A stretch of 64,000 bases of DNA, taken from Balanoglossus misakiensis (taxonomy: Eukaryota > Animalia > Hemichordata). Shown here one piece after another: positions 49,241 through 64,000 of the stretch. The notes below the pieces were generated by a model. The model saw only the letters and a list, made by a program, of their open reading frames with translations. It made no database searches and had not been told where the DNA came from. The stretch is taken from positions 620,001 to 684,000 of the forward strand of contig JBECUI020000024.1 in assembly GCA_040954595.2 (NCBI GenBank), in the 5' to 3' direction. A program made the position numbers and the translations under genes. Position 1 is the first letter of the stretch. Each line of letters begins with the position of its first letter.

Positions 49241-49469
49241 GGTATGAATGCAAATCCTGAATATTAGATTTATAACAATTTCATTGGAAAGAACATTTGT
49301 AGGTTCATCATTGACCCCATAGGACTGTCAACTCGACTACAGACAGTCTCGATGAACACAAGACATGATCCCAATTTGCAAGCTGAGTTGAAACTGACTG
49401 CTGCAGTAACTTTAGCTCTGGGAATGTCTTGTGTGATTTAAAGCAATTGATGACCAAATTTAACACAGT

Positions 49470-52400
49470 TTCTCTGAGGTAACCACTTAGCTTTCGTGAC
49501 TGGTTGTTTAAGAATCCAAAAAACATGAATTCTACCCAATGAATTCAACCCTTAGAATTTCACAACTGTAACACAGTTTGCAGTCATGCACAAAAGTGTG
49601 TATCATACACATAAGAAATTTCTCACATGTATTTTTATGATGGCAATGCATTTGACTGTAAACAAACATTGACATCAGTCAGTAGCGCTATTTTGTCAGT
49701 GAAATGGCTTCATCATCATCCCTCCAACCAAAGTTGAAACTGAGTTGCAAATATTGCACAGCTTGAAATCATAAAATGTTGCAAAATTGAACCAACAGTT
49801 CGGTCAATGATCAAGTTCTTACAGCTATTATTAGAACCAGACAATCTCAGCGAACAAGAGACATGGGCCTTATTTGCAAGTCGAGTTAGAACTGCCTTTG
49901 CCTGCCCACGGACGCCCCAGTTTCAGCAAAAATTATTGCATTAAAATGTGAGTATGGAGAACTATGCTCTGTGTTCCTTTTGTTAGCTTACATAGCTGTT
50001 GTCATTCTAGTTTTTCCTCTGTCCTGTGAACAGAGTTTCAGTTGCGAAAACCGACAGTTCTTAAAGTACAAAAGTACACCTAAATTGCCTCGGTGATGAG
50101 CATGCAGAATTTATCTGATGCTTTTTACTGGCAGCAGGACCACACCAGTTGCAGATTGTCAATTCCATGGCACAAGGGAATTTACGCTTTGCGTTCAAAT
50201 ATAAATAATTAACACCTGTTTAATTTTTCTATATGTTCTTTAGTGATGATTCAAAAGTATTATGACTGCTAGTGTGATTAATATTCTATTTTCAAAATGT
50301 GTTTCTCTTAATGATTATGAATACATCAAAATTTATGCTTTAAAATTAAATCATTATACCTGAAATATTGCAAATATTTGGAGGGTTGCATTTAATTTGA
50401 AGTTCTCGATCAAAGTTTTAGGCATAAAAAAGGTGCTACACCCCCGAAAAATTGGTAGCTATGAATTCAATTCAAAGAGTGTTGTAATGTCTGTTTTGCA
50501 ACAGGGTGCCAGTTCAACAAAGCGCATGAGGATAGTAAATCACCTTTGTGAATTTTGTGCACCACAGTAAGAATTCCCTAGAAACTGCAAACTAAATTGC
50601 AAAGCAATCAGACAAAAATGGCAGTAATTGCCAAAAAAAAAAAAAAAATATTGTCACTTCCATCACTGGGTTTGTTAAATTGTCATAAAATCACACCTAA
50701 GAACATGCAAACCAAATTTTAAAAAAAATGTGGGTAGAGGTTTCTGAGTATATGACGACCAAAATCACCCCAAAATATACTTCAAAAATGAAAAATAAAA
50801 TCTGTATAAAGTCTCAATAACATAAATACACACCAATTTCTAAAGCAATCTGACCAGTACCTTCTTGAGTTTCTGAGTTTAGAACAATTTCACATTGGTC
50901 CCAATGGTATATTGACATATACAAAATTGGACCTAAAGAGTAAAACACATTTCAAAGATTTTACAATTAAAGCCTCACAAGCTGCCAAATTTTACACATC
51001 TTTTTCCACAATAACATTTTTCAAATCATCCACCTATCCTTTAAAATCAGCACCATTGAGCCATATTACTTGAATTTGCATGGGGTTTGTCATCTTTCTG
51101 CGATGTGTACCCTCCATATGGAGGCTGATTAAAACAGGTGTGGCGCTCGTTTAATATCTGACTTCTTTAAATTGCAACATACAGGCACATTCATTAGTCA
51201 ATAAAATGTTCATGTATACCTATCAGTCAGTTTGTTTAGATGAACAAATCTAAGATGGAAAGTAATATCATGAAAATACTGAAAGATTGGAAACTCTGAG
51301 TTTGAGTCTAAGGATAACAAGGGAACCTCTCTACTATTTGACGCACCAAAGCTATGAAAAACTTCCTTCTTTCCCTCAAATATTTTTTATGAATATGTTC
51401 TACTCCGTGATTAAAATTTCCCTTTTACCAAATGTACATATGTAAGAGACGTGATTTTTTCAGCAAAATTTCAAATGGCCTAGGGTGACTTTTTACCTAC
51501 TTACCCATATTGGGTAGCATGAAACACAGAATGGCATACCAGTGGGTTAGAGATACAGCGTTTTATATTAACATGAATTAACATGAAACTAAAAATTTGA
51601 TGGTTTACTTAGGACTGCCTTGATCCATGGTAACCTCATTAAATATGTACATATCTAATTCTAGGCTATCCAGTTGCGGTAGAAACCTGGACATGGACAA
51701 CTTTGGGGTCAAAATCTTTTGACAAAATGTTGGGTGATCTTGGGTAAACTTTGACCTACATTCCTATATCTTGGCATCCGGCACAGATACATCCCTGACA
51801 CTTGGAGTGATGGAACTGCATAATGGAGTATTATGTCTCAGCTAGTCACAGTGCTTTTGCTGTGTTTTATGTCTTTTATTCAGCCAAATTAGATGTTTTT
51901 CATTACACATTGGCTGTGTTTGCCAGTACTTTTTAGCTGGTCACACTGCCTTAACACAATGTATTCTCAAAATACTCTGCAATCTTTATGAAGCATATAC
52001 AGCAGACAAAGTTGTGGTAAGACTAAACTTGCCCTTCTTTGTGATTAAAGCATGACCGGCCTGTCTTAGGTGGCCCCTACCTAGGGGCTTTACCCGTCAT
52101 TGGCTCACAGTCTGAGAAATCAGCTCTGCAGGGAAGTTAACGATGTAACCCACCATTAAAGCTTGGATTTCCGCTTTTTGTATTTGATGCCTGGCTGAGG
52201 CCTTCTTAGGATCTACCCAACGCTGAGTAGGCTATCCCGTCATTGGCACACAGTCTCAGGGAGGGAGTCAAAAGTTCAGTATACCATCAAAGCCTTTATA
52301 TTGTCCATTCTTTTTAAGAGAAGGCTGGCTGCTGTAGAAAAATGTTGATCTCAAATTTATCATGTCCAAAAAGCCAGACTTCCAGCCCTATTGGTTAGGC

Positions 52401-55400
52401 TGGCATTAGGTAAGTACATAATTAATGAGGCAAGACATAATACTCAATCAAATAGTTCCATCACTCCAAGTGTCAAGGTTGTATCTGCTCCGGATGCTAA
52501 AATATAGGAATGTAGGTCAAAGTTTACCCAAGATCACACAAATGTTTGTCAAAAGATTTTGACCCCGAAGTTGTCCATGTCCAGGTTTCTACTTCAGCTG
52601 AATAGCCTAGAATTAGATATGCACATATTTAACGAGGTTACCATTGCTCAGGGGGGTCTTAAATTAACCATCAAATTTTAGTTTCATATTAATGCATATT
52701 AATATAAAACACTGTATCTCTAACCCTACAGGTAAGCCTAGAATTAGGTACATGTACATGCGTAAGTTTTTGACAAGACAGTTAAGCTGTAATATATGTA
52801 CATGAACCTTGACAATTGACTTAAAATAACATAAAGGCAGAACTGATACTGATTGGAGATAGATATTACTAATGACAGTGATGTTAATTACACCAGGAAT
52901 GTTTGTCTTAGTATACGGTAGCTAACCGACTGCTTGAGGTTAAGTAATGAAAGTGCCCACTTGCGATTCACCTTCAAATAGCTACTTAGTCTTTGGTACA
53001 TGTACATTGTTTTTCCAATGATTAGACAAAGGATATACATACGTGTAATTAAGGTTGGGTAGCATTTTCAATGTAATAAGCCCTGCCTTCACTATAATCT
53101 TACACCAAATCAACACTGTTCAGTAATGTGATAGGCTTCAAAGCGACGCTAGTTACATCATAATTCCCAGCAAGGGGTATTAGTTTATTGGGCAAGTGGC
53201 ATGAGTGAGGCCAGACATTAGTTTTGGAAGCAAAGCGGACAGAACACTGCCGGGCATAGACTAGGTAGTTCTGAATAGTCATGTTTCATAAGTCAGGTCC
53301 ATGACATATGTACCGACATCTGTGATTGGTCCATCTGGTAATCTTAGGTCCACTTGAGGCACGGTGATTGGAGGGACCTTATGTGTTAGGTCTTATTATT
53401 ATGTATTATTCACTAGACCTTGTAGGTTAGGTCTTATTACTATGTATTATTCACTTTACAGCTCCCTGATTGGTTAATGTGTAGGTCTCCAATTTTCACT
53501 GCCTCGTTATGCAAAGTCTTTTGTCCTTCTGAATACAGTTGTCGTATTCTGTCTGGCATGCTGCCTGCGCGTTGTCGAAGCTCGATCCCAGTGTATAAAG
53601 AAAGGCACTCATATAATGATTGGATTTAACCTTTCCTTCACTATTCATGGCATTTTTTTGTGATACTGTGAACTAGATACTCGAAATAAAAATTGCCAGG
53701 AGAATTTTTTTATTTTATTTCCAGTGGCAGTTTGTTGAAATGGGCTAGTGTTTTGTTACGTAATGCTTTTCAGCGCATCACTTCGTGTAACACCTGGCTG
53801 AATACGAAGTGTGTGCTATTCATTCGAGCAAACCAAAAATATCTTACAATAGAACTGTTTAGAATAGCATTGCATTTCTTTAATTGGGATACCTCATTAG
53901 TTGCTTTACAGGTATGATTACTTTTATTGTACTTCTTTCACGAAGCTGCACCGTCATAGTTCCATTTTTATGAAAACAATATACGAATGTATAAACAGAC
54001 AACGTACTCCTTTTCACAACATCTACGTCAAAACAAATTTACTTTAAAATAGTAAAACAACAATAATAATATTGATGATGAGAAGTAGGAGGGTGATTTA
54101 AGAAAATATACAACTGTTAGCAAAAATGCTTAGATGTGTTAATCAGATTTTCAAAGTCCATCTAAAAATCATTTAATCTTTCCAGGGTGCGGTTTATGTT
54201 GGAGATAGTATCAGTCAGGCTATTTCTCAGAAAATTAATGAATGATCTGCGGACATCCCGAATAATGTGTTACCACAACGCTAGCCAGGAAGCACATGGG
54301 ACATTTCACAATGAGGCAGTGAACACTGGGAGACCAGACTGACACGTTAACCAATCAGGGAGCTGTATGGTGAATAAATACATATTAATATGACCTAACC
54401 TACAAGGTCCTGTATTATGAGGCAGTGAACACATGGGGGACCAGACTGACACGTTAACCAATCAGGGAGCTGTAAAGCGAAAAATGCATAGTAATAAGAC
54501 CTAACCTACAAGGTCTAGTGAATAATACATAATAATAAGACCTAACCTACAAGGTCCCTCCAATCAGCGTGCCGCAAGTGGACCTAAGAGAAGCGGATAA
54601 ACCAATCAAAACATGCAATACATGTGTATAGGACGTGTAATGTAGGTCATTTTGAAACAGGACTAATGTGACCATGGACGTTACCACATTAGACTCTGTA
54701 TTGTAAGTTTCTGAAGAATCGCAAAAAATCATCAACAGTCTACATGTACTTCAACCTTGTGAGAAGTACTGTATAACACACAGGATATACTAGTCACTGT
54801 TGGTCAGGTTATTACACACTGTGGTCCCATCTGGGGATTACACAAAATTAGGTATGTCTGTGTTCATGGGAAAAATCATGTGACATTGGCAAGCAGATAT
54901 GACCTTCTGTAAGAACATTTCAAAGGAACCAGACAAGTATTTTAGGGAAAACAACATTCAACAATGACAAAAACTGCCTCAAACCACATCTATCCAACTA
55001 TCAACAAATTGTATAATATCTACTTCAATCACCACGCCTACCAAAGTTGAAAGCAATCTGACTAGTAGTTTCAAAGAATACAAATTGCAAAAATTGCCCC
55101 AAGACCACAATATGTAAATTTCACCAAAATGATATACAACATTACTTGGGTTACCTCTTGGAACAAGCATACCAAAATTTAAAAGCAATCTAAGGAGTTT
55201 CTCAGAAAATGAATTTTGACCAAAAATGACAGATTACAAATTCTGCGACAATTTAAACAAAACCAACTATGATCACCTACCGGAAGTGTCATACTAAATT
55301 CTAAAGAAATCAGCCAATCTCTTTAAGAGGAAAAGATTTTTTTTCAAATGGTAAAACAAGACAAAATAATTGCATAAAAAATAGACAATTCACGATATAA

Positions 55401-57170
55401 ACTCAAAGTATATCAGGTATGATGACATTACCTACATGCATACAAATGTTCAAAGCAGTCTAACCAGTTGTTGAGTTTTGATCAATTCCACATATTTCAC
55501 AGGTTATTTGCGTATTTTTGCAATGACAACTTCATTTAAGCAAAATCCCATCTACACACCAAAATAAAAAAAGCGTGGTTTCATGTTTTGGATCAGGGCA
55601 GACATACATCCATATATACATGTAACATGCAGACACACATGTACACACACACACAAACACATGCATACATGGCTGCATACATACATACATACATACATAT
55701 ATACATACATGCATACATACATAGGGAAACGGTCTGGTAATCAATGTTGTGACACTAGCATTAGGCCTTAAACCCCGGTGCGGAAAGTACTGGGGTTCGG
55801 ATTAACGTGTGTTTGTACAGTTGTTTATTTGGGAGTGGTCGTCGTGCATAATAACTGTGTAATTGATCTCATGTACATAGAAAATAATTGAACACTTTAC
55901 ACCTCTATGCGATTGACAGCTGTTTGAATGGCGTGGTTATTGTTTCCCAGGGATGCTTCTGAAAAGCACTGAAACCAGATTTCTCCCAAAATCATCGTTG
56001 TTTCAAAAGCTCGTGTACTTTTTCATCGATAACTTTATGTTGTGTGTGTTTATAAAGCCAACCACTGTCGTTGTGTGGTGTAATTCTTTATGCTTGGATC
56101 TGTTTGGGCCGATTTTCATAGAGCCAAGATCGTTAGAGCCAAGATCGTTGGTGTTGTCTGTTGTCAGTCAAACGGCATTAAGATTCGCCACTGATTTGGG
56201 GGGTCTTTTATACCACGCATCGGGGTTTAATGTTTACGATATCAGGACAATTTATATCATATGAAGTTTTATGTATTCATAATTATTCAGAGAAGCAAAT
56301 TTTTAAAAATGTGAAATTGTTATCAATCGGATGTGCACTGACAGCATGCTTATATGGAATACAGGTACTCTAACACAATCAGTCATAACACTTTTGAATC
56401 ATCAATAAATAACATATAGAATAATTTTACAGGATTTAATTATTTATATTTGAACGCAAAGCGTAAATTCCCTTGTGCCATGGAATTCACAATCTGCAAC
56501 TGGTGGGGTCCTTCTGCCAGTAAGAAGCATCAGATAAATTCTGCATGCTCATCACCGAGGCAATTTAGGTGTACTTTTGTACTTTGAGAACTGTCGGTTT
56601 TCGCAACTGAAACTCTGCTCACAGGACGGAGGAAAAACTAGAATGACAACAGCTATGTAAGCTAACAAAAGAAACACAGAGCATAGTTCTCCATACTCAT
56701 ATTTTAATGCAATAATTTTTGCTGAAATTGGGGCGTCCGTGGGCAGGCAAAGGCAGTTCTAACTCAACTTGCAAATCAGGCCCATGTCTCTTGTTCCCTG
56801 AGACTGTCTGGTTCTAATAATAGCTGTAAGAACATAATCGTTGACCAAAGGGTTGGTTCAATTTTGCAACATTTTATGATTTCAAGCTGTGCAATATTTG
56901 CAACTCTGTTTCAACTTTGGTTGGAGGGATGATGATGAAGCCATTTCACTGACAAAATAGCACTACTAACTGACATCCATATTTGTTTACAGTCAAATGC
57001 ATTGCCATCAGAAAAATGCATACGAAAAAATTCTTATGTGAATAATACACACTTTCTTGCACAACTGCAAACTCTGTCACATTTGTGAAATTTTAAGGAA
57101 ATTCATTCATTGGGTAGCTTTATGAATTCTTAAACAAACTTAGTCATGAAACCTAAATGGTTACCTTACA
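49470..57170. repeat. ~730-bp inverted repeats (49470-50210 / 56440-57170) enclosing two further inverted pairs
   Basis: Near-identical reverse-complement arms; inner pairs 51543-51838/52433-52726 and 53344-53490/54437-54588. Confidence 0.9.
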
Positions 57171-60100
57171 CATCTGGCGGCTCGACTTCTGTGATATGAT
57201 AGTCTTCAATTAATGTGTATGTGATTCCATACAAATCCATATGATTACCTGAACGTACAAAATAAATAAAAAATAAAAAATAAATTAAAAATAAATAAGT
57301 ATCTCATACATATGCATAAGTGCTTGTGATAAATATATCCTGTATTTAAATAAACCTGTCATTTATTGACCTCGTTTTCCTATTAACCCAAAGGACTAGA
57401 TTGCACTGTAATATTATTACAGCTTCATTTCATTACACTACATCATATTGGAGCAAATATGCCAGCTCAACATTGATATAAAGAGTGTCAAAATATTGGT
57501 GGCTACAAAAGCTTGTGTCCCTTCAATCCATCCTCGCACTCAGGTGAAAACGAACGTCATTAGTTTTTGGGAAAAAACCTCTGAAATCAATTTCGGTGAG
57601 GCCAAATGTGTTCCAAAGGCAAACCGTTTCTGGTAAACAAATCAATGGCTAATAATTACTTCGGCGACATACCAATCAGTCAACATGGCTGCCTAATCGT
57701 TGGATAGCCCGGTTTCATCTCGCGATCATTCTGTCTTCCGATATGGCGTTGCATGGTTAAATTCGTCTCTTCTTTGCCGACATAGTCAGGCGACAGCGGT
57801 CGAGAAGCATAGGCAGCGACGCCATCTTGTTTACAATGTGAAGTATCGACTGCGCATGCTCAATAATTTTCCGCGTTTTTTTTTGCCAACGGCGCGCGCG
57901 CGGTGTCTGGTATAGAGAAAATAACATGCAAGTGCGCGATTATTCATTTGTAAAAAATCAGTTATACATTTGTCATCAACGTTTGAAAACTTTCAATGAT
58001 CTTACCTCGGTAAGCATTTCAAATAGGTACATTTTTATTTAGAACCATCGTATGTGGAAAATAATAAAACATAGAGTGGGGATTGGCCCTATGTTTGACT
58101 TGATCATACCCAGCTCGGTTTGCGTTTTGTCATTGACGAGGGTGTCAGACTTTTGCTGAGAGAGTGAGTTTCTATAGCGTAAACGTTTATCGACTGGACT
58201 TTCTGTGCGCCAACAATTACATTATTTGTGGCCGGGGAACACGTGCAACTTTTGATGACTGTTTTTCTAGCGCCGTGTTTTTATCTTACGACCTAGAATA
58301 CCTGCTTTCGTCACCATGGTCTGCTCTGCACGTACTATGCTTTCCAGTTTATGTAGCTTGAAGTTGTACCACATTTTGGTTTCCGAGCTGTAGCGAACAT
58401 AAAACCGAAACTAATAGCTACGTGTTGACCACAGCGACTGCGTGTTTTTTTGTTGTATTCCCAACCTACAGTTTATTCTCATGCAGCTCAGACTGAGGTC
58501 GCTTCTAAGAGAAAAAACAACAGCATATTTTGGCTGCTGCCAGACCAGGAATGGAAAATCTTGAGTGGCGCTGGGCTGCATTTCTCTGTAGGACTGTAGT
58601 TGTATTGTGCAAGGGTTCGCCAGCATCGCCTTCAGACTTGTTGTCATAGTCACTGGTGGCGGTTTGTCCTGCACTACTCGTCGTTCTATTTGATGCGGTG
58701 GTATTATTCCCAGATGTCTGTGCCGAGGATCCTGCCCGTTTTCCGATTCTCTTCGTTTTGTCGGCCATTTGCTTCACTTTTTCTGTCATTGTTGCGACGT
58801 CAGTCTCTGTTGTTGTTCGAATGAGGCGAAAGTCCATTCACCATTAATAGCCGAATTTCCAAGATCGTCCGTTAATTACAATGCGACGTCACGCTACCAT
58901 GTCCTAAGAAAGACTACATGGCACATTTTTTTATCTCGTGCGCACGACTTACGTGTGCATGTGATATTTTCTCGTGAACACGAGTGCGCTCGCAATTTTC
59001 TCGTGCGCACGAGATATGCACGAGATAGCATGTTTCTCGTGCACACGAGAAAACATCTCGCTGGAACAAGATACTATCTCTTCCACAAGAAATAGAATAA
59101 CTGGCAGCCACTATGATGTCTGCCACAGGCAAATTTAAATATTCCACTCTGGATCTTCTTTCAGCCCTTCGGAAAACATGAGCATTTATGAAATCCGGCT
59201 CTCAATTTTTCGAGAAGTTCCAGCAGTTGTGGTGTCGCCAAAAACGAATGTATGCCATTCCTGGCGGAAAAAAATATGCAAGAGACGCTTGCAATACACT
59301 GCCATCTACCTGACCGCCCTACATGCCTTAATGTAAGGTAGAAGGTCGGGCGGTAGGAAGAGTTCACCAAAAGAGGGCGCATTTTATCATCCATTGATTT
59401 ATACTGTGTACGAGCAGAGAAGCCTCAGTGTTCGCGGTTAGAACCGTATCGGTAAGACAAAGACAGAAGAGTTGACAGACAGCAAACTTATTCAGTTTAT
59501 ATCATATAATTCTTACTGTAAAACGTTCCCTGAATAAAGCCTTGTGCTCATAAGAACATTGAAGATTGTCGCATACAGACCGACACCCTTTTATCTATTG
59601 TAGGTATTGAATAGAACGCTAAATACCTGTGTATTTCTTATTCATTAAGCAATGATGTAACACAACAAGTTTCGGACAGTGTGAAGAAAGGGCCAAAGCA
59701 CTCTTGCAAGTTAGTGTTGTGTACTCTTTTCCAACACTGCTGCAAGCTGTTCAGCACCTGATGCTGCTTGTATCTCCGATGACAAATGGACAGTCTGTGT
59801 GCTGTCAAAGTAAATCCATCAATTTTGCGGAGCTGAAAGGAAAATGACAGCTTGTCAAACTCAAATCTGCCAGACGAAATAGGGAAAGAAATGCATAACA
59901 GGTAATCCACCATAGTATGAATTTTAGCCAGCATCCTATGAAATGCGGTGAAACGGAACTGCAATTAATTTTAAATGAATTCTGCTCAAATTGTTTTGTT
60001 AGTTCTCAACATTGGATTGGAACCGTTAAATATATTGTACCGTATAACATTATCATACAGGTTAGTATGTCAAATATTTTTCCATTTGGCATTTTCTTCT

Positions 60101-61589
60101 TGAGGTCATTTCAACAGTATGCACACCACAGTTTGTGAGATATGGACAGAAACAAACAGGAATCTATGCAATGTTATAATAGTATATTATTGTTAACAAG
60201 AAAGCGGCAACTCTCTGCCTGGCAGAGAATAATGATAGTCTTTTTGAAAAAAAGGGCGTGCTGAGGATATGGTCAGTCAAAAACATACATGTATAAGGTA
60301 TGCCTGAACTAATTTTTAACATGGTGTACATAAATATTTATGCATTGTCACAATGACTGGAGGTCTTTAAATGACCAAGCTGTATGGACACCTCATTCAA
60401 TGTTACATATATTTGTTATTACATGTTTATTGAAATTGCCAGTTGTCTGTTTTAATTCTGGCAGTTCTGCTGTGTCTTTTGTCTTGCCCTGACAGAATGC
60501 AGTAATATTTGCAGTACAAGAGGAGTGTCAGTAAATAGTGGAGCAATATCTTTCTACGAATGTACTCATGCATTGCTCCAAAGTGAAGTACATTCGCAAA
60601 ACCAGTTTGGGAAATCGGGACTCTTTTCAAGATAATACCACATTTTTGTGGATGTCACATGACATGGAAACACTCTAGAATCACGATTGAGATAAGGTTT
60701 CGGTTTGATATACCACTTCCTTGTTATTTCAATCTGTATGTTTTCTTAACCCCCTCCCTCGAAAAAAGGTAATTGAGGTAATTGTAAAATTACCTGAAAA
60801 CAAACAGGCTACTCTAGCCTCCATTTTATGAGGTTTGTGATGTAACATATTTTGAATTTCGTGAATCGATCTAAAGTTTCCGTGCACCAACTATCAAAAG
60901 TATACCAACAAATAATTTGGGCAATTCATAAGGAGAATCTAGTGGGTCAGCGGCTATAGAACTGACGTAAGTGTAAGTATCAGAGGATTGTGGGTACGAG
61001 GCTGGGAAGAGCAAAACTCGAACACTCATGAAATCTACACGTGACGCCAAATTCTTTGTAATATGAACAGTGGAAAACTGCCATGCCATCCCTCTAAGTG
61101 CAAACTTCCAAAGATTTCAATCTGGTGATATTTAAAAAAAATATTTTATTCAAATTCATGTGGTGATATTTAAAAAAAAATATTTTATTCAAATTCATGT
61201 TATAAATTAAACTTGCATCTATGATATAGAAATGACTCTGTCTTATATAACAAAAATACAAATAACTTGGTTAGATGACCAAAGATTTCCCATCTCGAAA
61301 AGTTTCTACCAAAATGACTAACTCCAAATCTGCTAAGAGAGCCCTAGCAAATTTAATCACTGCACATTACTCTCGATAAAACGAAATATTGCGCATTCAT
61401 TTTGTCCTTGAATTGAAATGCATGGCCAGTGTTCATAGACTTCACACACACAGGATGTTTAAGGAGTTGAATTGTTATTGACAGCGACCAGGTCGGTAGA
61501 TTCTATAGGATGAAGAAAAAATGAAAAGACAGTCAGTACATAGCTAAATTCTCCTATACAAGGGCGGCTTCAATTGGTACAGTGACTGA

Positions 61590-61660
61590 CTGAATGGATG
61601 AATGAATGAATGAATGAATGAATGAATGAATGAATGAATGAATGAATGAATGAATGATGA
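61590..61660. repeat. (ATGA)n microsatellite
   Basis: Visible. Confidence 0.95.
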
Positions 61661-62543
61661 ACGGATGAGTCGTAATAATATGCTTCAATCATAGGGGCTT
61701 TGAAAATTATTAAAATAAAATAAAAAATAATGTACTCACAACCGACATTTATACAACAGACAGCTCAAGAAACTCCTCCATGTGTACAATACTTTGCCAA
61801 TTTAGTGACAACATCAGCTTGCAGAGCACGTGAGCACCGCTTTCGCCAGCCTGTGGTGCCCGCATATCTTTTTTGTTCAGCAGTAACATGCACGACGCAT
61901 GCAGAGACACAAACGTCCATGTTGCAAATTGTAGATGAAAGCATCAGCTGCGCTGGTTTTATGGTCAGCATCACTGGCTGTTACATGAAAACTGTTTGTC
62001 ACATACCTTAACCAACATATACGTGTATCTGTATGGAAAGAAAGTAGGCTCACCCCCGGTACAGTATTATTTTTTTTGCATGCACGCAATGGAATTTGCT
62101 AAACTGGGATCATCTGCGCGCATTTCAAAACGTGCTCGTTGCTTAACTTCGCGTGCTTTACTACTCACAATTATTCCACTTGTGAACGAACACGTCACCC
62201 AATTTTACAGTGTAGCCATGTGGAAAACCGGTGACAAGGTAATATTTCATTCGAAGATCAACCTACGTTCAGAAAGTTTGCATTGTGGTGAATTCTCACT
62301 GCTCTCGCAATGCGGTCTGTGGCTCACTGCCGCAGACCGCATTACACGTAGAAATAAATTCTGTACGTCACAGTTCGTAGGTCGCATAGGTCATGGAGTT
62401 AATCCATTATACATTGCGGCTTACAATTTCTCGTGACCCTCTTATCATGCAGCTTGTGTGTTACTGACCACTGACGCATGTCAAAACACTCAATATTTTT
62501 TTTTAATTTGCAAAATCTTTCATTTTAAAGTTGTGATACTCAC

Positions 62544-62697
62544 TGCAGATAGCATTCTTTTCAGTAGGAACTATTTCTGCTGCCATTTCAATATTGTCTG
62601 TATTCCATGTAAATATATTTCCTCCAATTGAACAGTCCCCCGCCAGAGCTGCAACCTCTTCTGCAGTCAGAACTTTTGACCACATGTATGTCATTTA
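62544..62697 (-). pseudogene. Orphan exon fragment, pentraxin-domain C-terminus
   Basis: MTYMWSKVLTAEEVAALAGDCSIGGNIFTW..IC|gtgagt; no acceptor or upstream frame seen. Confidence 0.6.
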
Positions 62698-64000
62698 GTC
62701 AAGACAATTTGGGAGAACTGTAGTTTAAAGCCTCCAAAGCTGCCACTTTTTGCATTATTTTCATGATTTTATTTTCCAACTTAAATTGGTTCATCAAAAT
62801 AAGCTTACTGATAGATATACATAAACATCTTATCGATGCCCGATTGTGACTGCATGTTGCAATTGGAACATGCTATGTATTAAAACGGTGCCTCACCGAT
62901 TTAAACAGCCTTCATACAAACAATAGCAGCTAAGCAGCTATCGTGAAATGCGACGCCAAGTGATGACAAACCAATGCAAATGCAAGTAATATGGCTTAAT
63001 GGTCACGGGTGAAGATTTTAGGGAATAGGGAATATACATATGAAGTATTTTACTCTGGAAAAAAATATGCCAATTTTAGCAGCTATAGGGTTTTTAAAGC
63101 GCGGGCGAAGTATGAACAGATGCAGTAAATATCGATACATTGTATTTTGGAGGTTTCTCATAACCATGATTGGTTGGCTAATTATGCGGCGTTTTCTAAA
63201 TAAAAGGAACAATATTAATTTATTGTTGGGGCTCACCTCCGTTAACATCTTGCCGTCTCTGCTGAGTTTTGGCCTCTTCCAGCGGCACGTGTTTGTCCTT
63301 TAGGGCATGCTGTAAAATATTTAGAATAGCGCTGCCATTTGATCAAAGGATAAGCTGGCTTCGCGTGTTAGGGATGTGTGTCTGACGACTATGCCTCGAA
63401 GCAAAAGACACAGCCGACCCTGCCACGCATATTCATTTGTTGTGTCACACATTTTCGATCCAAGAAGAGAATATCAACCTTGACGTTGCGAAAATGACAA
63501 GAAACTTTCACTCATATAGGTTGTGTGATTACTTACCCGCAACTTGTTGGGAATTGCTGTCACCAGAGGTGCCCACAGCGTGAAAGCCAGAATGACTGCG
63601 ACGCCTGCATTGGATTCGTCATGAATGGAAACATCGATGAACACGTTCGGTCTTCGATGAGGCTAGTGTCCACAGAATAGGCATTCTTTTATAACGCAGC
63701 TGGGAGGTGGTAAATCCATTGTGATTACCATGCTATTAGTAGCCCAAGCAGTCAAACTTTGCGAAAAATATATAAATATGGAAAAATATATCAATGGGAT
63801 CAATAGTTATTAAGCACTTTTTAAAAACAAATGACACCGTAAGATCAATTATCTTGTTTTCCGCGACAAGTTTCAACATGGTATGTCAGCGCTACCAGTG
63901 AATAATATTATTAGAAACTATGACAGCTGTAACCGTGCGATTAATGATTTGATCAATTTTAATCATATACTTGTAAATATTTGCGCGGGTGCTGGTTTAA

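Noticed and set aside
58100-61100. Minus-strand gene (ORFs 58505-58837, 59638-59964, 60427-60630, 60871-61089)
   Set aside because: Coding-like patches with many stops and no recognisable domain; no consistent exon chain could be built

Overview
Metazoan genomic DNA (AT-rich, spliceosomal introns, repeat-dense; composition suggests a marine invertebrate deuterostome, which is inference only). Main contents: (1) a young full-length Ty3/gypsy (Mag-type) LTR retrotransposon at 3584-8471 with identical 204-bp LTRs, a tRNA-Leu PBS and three coding lesions; (2) a heavily rearranged, roughly palindromic ~19-kb block (8.5-27.8 kb) holding three scrambled copies of a spliced tandem-OB-fold (RPA/SSB-like) gene, a truncated ORF resembling the N-terminal half of a TatD-type nuclease protein, a decayed zinc-ribbon ORF, two inverted tRNA-like Pol III units, compound (CATA)/(CATG) microsatellites and a 309-bp tandem array interrupted by a LINE; this block is the best candidate for an undescribed large mobile element; (3) 15 3' exons (29937-39031) of an uninflatable/SVEP1-like type I membrane protein (pentraxin/LamG, HYR, sushi, furin site, 4 Cys-rich GCC repeats, EGF, TM, NPxY) with one non-canonical acceptor; (4) an 86-bp satellite (44.9-47.8 kb), nested inverted repeats (49.5-57.2 kb), MITEs and an orphan pentraxin exon. 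All alignments were made by eye, so repeat boundaries are approximate unless tied to a stated motif.
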